From NCBI GenBank assembly GCA_002189035.1, contig NEEC01000131.1:1-30956 (forward strand): 30,956 bases of DNA, given 5' to 3'. This stretch comes from Utricularia gibba. Taxonomy: Eukaryota > Plantae > Magnoliophyta. The notes below the pieces were generated by a model. The model was not told the DNA's origin. It did not search any database and was given only the letters and a program-made list of their open reading frames with translations. Below, piece after piece: positions 30,931 to 30,956 of the stretch (position 1 is its first letter; each line of letters opens with the position of its first letter). A program made the translations under genes and the position numbers.

Positions 30931-30956
30931 AAAAAAATGGGAGGTGGGGGGGGGGG
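30931..30956 (-). terminator. Pyrimidine tract flanking the next 25S copy, which lies just beyond the window end
   Basis: Same A7-TGGGAGGT-G-run (plus strand) as at 4162-4188 and 17128-17154. Confidence 0.45.

Overview
The window is a non-coding tandem array of flowering-plant nuclear 45S (35S) rDNA on the minus strand. It holds two complete 18S-ITS1-5.8S-ITS2-25S units, 12,970 bp apart (18S 5' ends at 9940 and 22910), and three intergenic spacers (IGS). The first IGS is partial, the second complete (~7.2 kb) and the third essentially complete (~8.05 kb), ending at the G-tract that abuts the next 25S. I find no credible protein-coding gene, 5S gene, intron or R2-type insertion; the long ORFs are artefacts of GC-rich repeats or antisense shadows of rRNA. 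The interesting parts are in the spacer. It is built from ~840-bp modules, each with a tandem pair of putative Pol I promoter copies (non-canonical TCTTG|AGGGGG(G) start motif), a ~140-bp foldback bounded by an inverted copy of that motif, and palindrome-rich ~52-bp subrepeats. Downstream of the 25S lie a triplicated 18-mer and an 8-bp tandem array. ITS1 is unusually short (~132 nt), and the rRNAs carry lineage-specific changes. The third IGS has a recombinant promoter pair and a suspicious 121-nt junction. I did not find a clearly new biological system. Promoter and terminator calls are inferences from position and motif similarity, and comparisons with canonical rRNA are from memory, not from an alignment.
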